Shown: one piece after another, positions 59,486 through 64,000 of the stretch | How the letters are laid out: every line of letters starts with the position of its first letter | Numbering within the stretch: position 1 is the stretch's first letter | Assembly: GCA_046759445.1 (NCBI GenBank) | Contig: JBHICG010000005.1 | Coordinates: 32,001-96,000, forward strand | Direction: 5' to 3' | From: Candidatus Scalinduaceae bacterium | Lineage (GTDB): Bacteria; Planctomycetota; Brocadiia; Brocadiales; Scalinduaceae | Length of the DNA: 64,000 nucleotides | Made by a program: the position numbers and the translations under genes | Notes under the pieces: generated by a model | Database searches by the model: none | What the model was told of the DNA's origin: nothing | What the model saw: the letters and a program-made list of their open reading frames with translations, nothing else

Positions 59486-61447
59486 TTACAACTTTTCAAT
59501 TTCAACATAGGTGGAATTATAAGTGGCGTTACCTCCGAAGTCCTGAACCACATCCGGGATCAGGGTGTTTACGCCTTTACCTCCACAAAGCTTTGGCCAC
59601 AAGCCACCGTAGGCCAATACAACTCCCTGTTTTATTTCACTTGTGAGATGCGCCTTCATGGTTAATGTATCCTGGGCATTTTTTAATCTTACCAAATCTC
59701 CCTCCCTTATATCCTTTTTTTTAGCATCTTCTTCGTTAAGTAGCACAATCGGTTCTATTTCCTTTTGCCAGATGTTATGAAACTGTGAACGGGTGATACG
59801 TTTGTGATTGGTAGTTAATAATTGAAAAGGATATCCATTCCTGTCCTCTTCATAATAACCAGGTAGTGGAGGAAGATTCGCCTTTTCGGCCAGTTGAGAA
59901 TACATTTCAATCTTACCGGAAGGGGTGTCATAGACGTCCTGCGGTCTGACCTCCATCTTGCAAAAACCTTTTCGTTCAAGGTCTGACAGTGTAAAATTTA
60001 CTGCCTTACTCCTGCTGAGGAACTCTTCAACCACTTCCCGCTCAGGAGGAAACAGTTCTTTGGTTTTCAGACCCAGCGTTGCGGTAAGTTCCTTGAAGAC
60101 CTGATAGTTAGGTTTTGCCTCGCCGAGGGGCTCAATTGCCTTCTGGTTTATTGACATATAATTGTGATAATAACATACATGGACGTCGAAAGATTCCAAG
60201 AAGCTGGTAGCGGGCAGGATGATATCGGCGTAGCTGCAGGTGTCATTTAAAAACAGGTCATGCACTACCACAAAAACGTCTTCACTCTCCAAACTTTTTC
60301 TCACCAATCTTTGATTGGGGAGATTAACCAGGGGGTTAGTGTTGAAAACAAAAAGTAGTTTTACTTCTCCCGTCTCCAGTACTCGCCCGAGTTGTGCCAT
60401 GTTGTATGTCTTTTGCTTTCCTGTAGGGTCTTGTTTGGCAAGATGCTTACCCTGAAGGAAACCGAGGTCTATTTCTCTGTCGGTATTACTGTAATGTACC
60501 CTGAATCCACTCACAAGAGGTGCCAGGAGGGCAATGGTTCTAACCGCTTCGCCTCCATAAAGATGCTTCTGGATGCCAAAACCAAGATGTATAAAGCTGG
60601 GTCTTAGCCGATACATATCTTCGGCTAATTCCACTATATCATCCTTAGAAAGGTCTGTGATTCTTGATACTCTTTCAAGGTCAAATTCCTTAACAACCTC
60701 TTTGAATTGCTCAAACCCATAAGTATATTTATCTACATGATTGCGATCATAAAGTTTGTTTGATATCAGGTAATTTGCAATGCCCATGGCAAGTGCGCCG
60801 TCGGTGTTTGGCTTAATAGGGAGGTGCTTTCCGAGTTTGCATGTCTTCATGGGATCTATGAGATAAAATTTTGCCCCTTCACGCACTGCCTTCTTTGCGA
60901 GGTTGTAACCGTGCAGGTTGCTCCAGGGCCCATTAAGTCCCCAGAATATGATAAGTTTAGAGGACATAATCTCCTCTGGGTTAATTCCCCAGTAGCCTCC
61001 GTAAACATACTGCAAGGCAGTTCGTCCGGCATTGGAACATATAGTGGGTGAACATTTGCTGGTTCCTAGGGCGTTGAAGAATCGCTGGGAAAGCTGCTTG
61101 TTAAGAAGTCCCATATGGCCAAAATAGTCGAATGGTAAGATTGCTCCTGCCCCATGTCTGGTCTGTACTGTCTCTATGCGGCGGGCGATTTCCCCATATG
61201 CCTCCTCCCACGTAATCTTCTGGAAATTGTTAACTCCTTTCTTTCCGACTCTTTTGAGAGGGGACTGTAGTCGTTGGGGTGAATAGACGAACTTTAATGA
61301 ATTCTGTATCTTCCAGCAGAGGAAGCCCTGCGTTACAGGATGTGCGGGGTTGCCCTGGAGTTTGATTGCTCTTCCATCCTCCACCGTTGTAAGGATGGAA
61401 CAGGTATCGTAACAATCTCTGGGACAGGTGTTGAAAAACTTTTCCAT
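59486..61447 (-). CDS. Uncharacterised molybdopterin oxidoreductase (compact MopB family)
   Basis: CPRDCYDTC..HPVTQGFLC.K Fe-S motif, TICSNAG, ADIILPATSFLE, TPSGKIE, molydop-binding tail. Confidence 0.88.
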   Translation of the reverse strand: MEKFFNTCPRDCYDTCSILTTVEDGRAIKLQGNPAHPVTQGFLCWKIQNSLKFVYSPQRLQSPLKRVGKKGVNNFQKITWEEAYGEIARRIETVQTRHGAGAILPFDYFGHMGLLNKQLSQRFFNALGTSKCSPTICSNAGRTALQYVYGGYWGINPEEIMSSKLIIFWGLNGPWSNLHGYNLAKKAVREGAKFYLIDPMKTCKLGKHLPIKPNTDGALAMGIANYLISNKLYDRNHVDKYTYGFEQFKEVVKEFDLERVSRITDLSKDDIVELAEDMYRLRPSFIHLGFGIQKHLYGGEAVRTIALLAPLVSGFRVHYSNTDREIDLGFLQGKHLAKQDPTGKQKTYNMAQLGRVLETGEVKLLFVFNTNPLVNLPNQRLVRKSLESEDVFVVVHDLFLNDTCSYADIILPATSFLESFDVHVCYYHNYMSINQKAIEPLGEAKPNYQVFKELTATLGLKTKELFPPEREVVEEFLSRSKAVNFTLSDLERKGFCKMEVRPQDVYDTPSGKIEMYSQLAEKANLPPLPGYYEEDRNGYPFQLLTTNHKRITRSQFHNIWQKEIEPIVLLNEEDAKKKDIREGDLVRLKNAQDTLTMKAHLTSEIKQGVVLAYGGLWPKLCGGKGVNTLIPDVVQDFGGNATYNSTYVEIEKL

Positions 61448-61595
61448 GGGTATTATTATTTTTAAGCACTGATAATAAAATAGGATATGAAAAGTTTAAC
61501 ATAAAGTGCGAAGAATTGCCAATTTTATGGGATGAATCATTTGTCAATAAGTGCTTATGCTTATTTTATAAATGAGTATGGTGTTTCCAGATTAT

Positions 61596-61826
61596 TTAAT
61601 CCTTTTTGCAAATTTTATAAACGGGGTTGCCACTTCCGATCTCCGTTTTACTAACAATCCCTTTTTTGATTAAACTTTGTAAGGCACTTGATACCTCATC
61701 TACAGATGCTTCTATGTTTTCACAACACAGCCACCATTCAGCAATACCTTCTAAAGTATCCCCAGCATCGGGATTCCTGCGAAGATAGTTCAAAATCTTT
61801 TTGGAAACTTCCTCTTGTTTTTCCAT
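61596..61826 (-). CDS. Small winged-helix-like hypothetical protein
   Basis: SD AAGGAG and a wHTH-like pattern IL.YL..NPDA.DTLEGIAEWWL......V..AL..L..KG.V. Confidence 0.7.
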   Translation of the reverse strand: MEKQEEVSKKILNYLRRNPDAGDTLEGIAEWWLCCENIEASVDEVSSALQSLIKKGIVSKTEIGSGNPVYKICKKD

Positions 61827-61949
61827 TTACTCCTTCTTCTCTTTTTAGCAAGTATTGATTTATATTGTGAGATGCGATCTACTCTATTAGACATGATACT
61901 TATCATGGATGACCTTGTTTTCGGACCCTGTTTTACCCTATTCTATTGA

Positions 61950-64000
61950 CTATTGATCTCTATTGTTTTCTTTCCCTATATTCTGTTTTTGAATGGTAAC
62001 CTCATTAGTTTCATAAGGAGTTTTTATAAACAATCTTATTGCTTCTTTTTCCTCAGACGATAACGATTTATCATTTTGAAATTTATCAGCCAACTCTTTG
62101 AATTTACCAACAACATAAGCTTTACACAATGTATTCATATCAAATATAATATTACCTTCACGCATTGGTTCCCGCAGGCGCATAAGGAATTTTGCAAATT
62201 TCTTAGAATTATTCTTAACAAGTGATAATATATAATTATTGACAATATCCTTGTATCTACCTGTGGAACTCATCCAATCTGATGACCATTGATATAATAC
62301 GAATCCCCATTCATTCTCTTTTAACTCCTCAAATATATCTCTCTTTGCGTCAATAAAATGTATCTTTAATCTACCAGCAACAATATCTTGAATTTTATCA
62401 CTTATTTTTAGACCATAAATATTATTCACTTCTCCTTTTACCTCTTTTATACATTGCAAAACAAAATAAACAGCAAAATGAAGATCAGGTGTTTTTTCAG
62501 CAACTTCTTCCAATATTATTTGTATGTTATCCTTATCAGTTTTCTTAATAATCAGGTTCAATAAAAGGGAGAGGGCTTTTTCGTATTCAGATTGCTCAAG
62601 AAATCCTGAGTCTCCTTTAGAGAAATATTCTGCTTTTTTATAAATAACTCTTATTATCGCAGTAGCTGTTTCGTGGCTTAGTTCGTCTTTAAATAAAATA
62701 ATCTTATTTAAAAATTCTTTAAGTCGATCTTTCTTCTGATTTTCAAAAACTGTTTCTTCAATAATGTATTCTTTCTTATCTTTTTCTTTTGAGTTCCATG
62801 TTTCTAAAGTTATTTTGATATACTCATCAGAGACTTCTGATGATGGCACTTTCAACATAAAATATTTTTTAAATGAATCAGGATGCGTAATCCTTCTTTC
62901 TGCTCTATAATCATTTATACAAGATTGATCATAAACTGATCTTTGCTTATTCAATGATCCTTTGACTTCAACAAAAAATATCTCTTCCAATAATTTTTTT
63001 AAAACTATGCCTTCTTTCTGATTTTCACATATTTCTTTAATATGTTCTTCAATCTGCTCATATTTTGCATCTTCATTAGTTGAAAGATGAAAGGGAGATG
63101 AAAAAAGGCCCATATCACGACTCCATTTTATAGGAATATAATACCAAGGATTATTCCATATATCGTCATAAACCTTTGGATAGAAAATTCTTATTATTTC
63201 TAGAATACAGAAGTCATATAGACAAACTTCAGCCTTAATTGGAGGAAGTGTAGAACGTAGGCCGTTTATATACCTTTTAGCATGGCGCAAGGTTTTAAAG
63301 AGTCTTCTTATTTGTGTCTGGTACATATAATGAAAAGATAACTCTTTTTCGAACTTTAGTCTCTCGTCTTTAGCAATATTTATTTCATCAAAAAGTTTAT
63401 CTAGGCATGAACCTATAAATTCATCAATTTTATTTTGTTCAATAGCCGGCAATGGAACAGGTTTCTGCACTATTTTTTCTAAGAATGCAGGGTCAGTCAT
63501 AGCATTTCCTTCGAGAACTTTTTGAACCGCAATTTGATCAAAACTTAAAAGAAAAATTGTGTTCTTAAATTTGGTATTAAGACGTACAAGCTTAAAAACA
63601 AGAAGTATTTCTTCAGCTTGCAATCTATCAATATCATCAACAATAATTAAAAGTTTTATCCCTATCTGCTCTATATAAGATTCTATCCTTTGTTTGACTT
63701 CCTCAATAGATTCTTCACCGAAAGTAAGGTTATTCATGATCCCTGTTTGCAATAATCCTGACGATACTATTTTCAGATATTTATTGAATGCCTTTTTAAG
63801 ATTAGGGAATATGAACCTTTTGTTTATAGTCCTTTCTATTTCTCCGTAAAAGGCGGATATAATCGCCTTTTCATCATTGAAGTACCAAGGATCAAAATTA
63901 ACAACAATAAAGTTTTTGTTATCTTTAAACCTCTCTAGCAATAAATAGATAGTTGAAGTTTTCCCTTCTCCCCATTTTCCGTGAATACCAAAAACAAATG
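61950..64000 (-). CDS. KAP-family P-loop NTPase (5' end lies outside the window)
   Basis: Frame extends to the edge with FVFGIHGKWGEGKTS (Walker A). Also VNFDPW, IIVDDIDRL and FLEKIVQ.P..LP motifs. Confidence 0.9.
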   Translation of the reverse strand, partial: FVFGIHGKWGEGKTSTIYLLLERFKDNKNFIVVNFDPWYFNDEKAIISAFYGEIERTINKRFIFPNLKKAFNKYLKIVSSGLLQTGIMNNLTFGEESIEEVKQRIESYIEQIGIKLLIIVDDIDRLQAEEILLVFKLVRLNTKFKNTIFLLSFDQIAVQKVLEGNAMTDPAFLEKIVQKPVPLPAIEQNKIDEFIGSCLDKLFDEINIAKDERLKFEKELSFHYMYQTQIRRLFKTLRHAKRYINGLRSTLPPIKAEVCLYDFCILEIIRIFYPKVYDDIWNNPWYYIPIKWSRDMGLFSSPFHLSTNEDAKYEQIEEHIKEICENQKEGIVLKKLLEEIFFVEVKGSLNKQRSVYDQSCINDYRAERRITHPDSFKKYFMLKVPSSEVSDEYIKITLETWNSKEKDKKEYIIEETVFENQKKDRLKEFLNKIILFKDELSHETATAIIRVIYKKAEYFSKGDSGFLEQSEYEKALSLLLNLIIKKTDKDNIQIILEEVAEKTPDLHFAVYFVLQCIKEVKGEVNNIYGLKISDKIQDIVAGRLKIHFIDAKRDIFEELKENEWGFVLYQWSSDWMSSTGRYKDIVNNYILSLVKNNSKKFAKFLMRLREPMREGNIIFDMNTLCKAYVVGKFKELADKFQNDKSLSSEEKEAIRLFIKTPYETNEVTIQKQNIGKENNRDQ

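Noticed and set aside
1..64000. tRNA/rRNA genes and the many short antisense or nested ORFs in the ORF track
   Set aside because: No tRNA cloverleaf or rRNA signature was recognised. The short ORFs lie inside or opposite well-supported genes and have no independent evidence.

Overview
AT-rich bacterial chromosome segment. Gene content (AroD-AroE fusion, NnrS/DUF1858 fusion, many TPR/PilZ/PKD proteins) and the intergenic repeat style suggest an anaerobic Planctomycetota (anammox, Brocadiales-like) or similar organism; this assignment is inference only. Housekeeping and energy genes include a truncated mannose-1-phosphate guanylyltransferase, lpdA, a cytochrome c peroxidase, era, aconitase, aroDE, aroK, carbamate kinase, an ABC exporter pair and two molybdopterin enzymes. 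The window also has a ~14 kb Wzm/Wzt surface-glycan cluster, a RAYT with eight covarying REPs, several MITE/REP-like elements, IS remnants and a truncated KAP NTPase. The most striking feature is a candidate c-di-GMP-controlled adhesin system. It comprises (i) a c-di-GMP-I-like riboswitch with large hairpin insertions in both P2 and P3, upstream of (ii) two signal-peptide-bearing, phage-tail-fibre-like proteins with S74 chaperones and a PKD-repeat protein, where the GNVGIG module junctions share a fixed DNA motif. (iii) The ~300 bp region upstream of the riboswitch has a diverged second copy 50 kb away, next to a PilZ gene and a tiny MerR/BldC-like gene, and both copies carry 10-bp-phased GTC-N3-GAC repeats. 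Other leads are an FdhF-like enzyme lacking the catalytic Arg and an ArcE-like/carbamate kinase pair.
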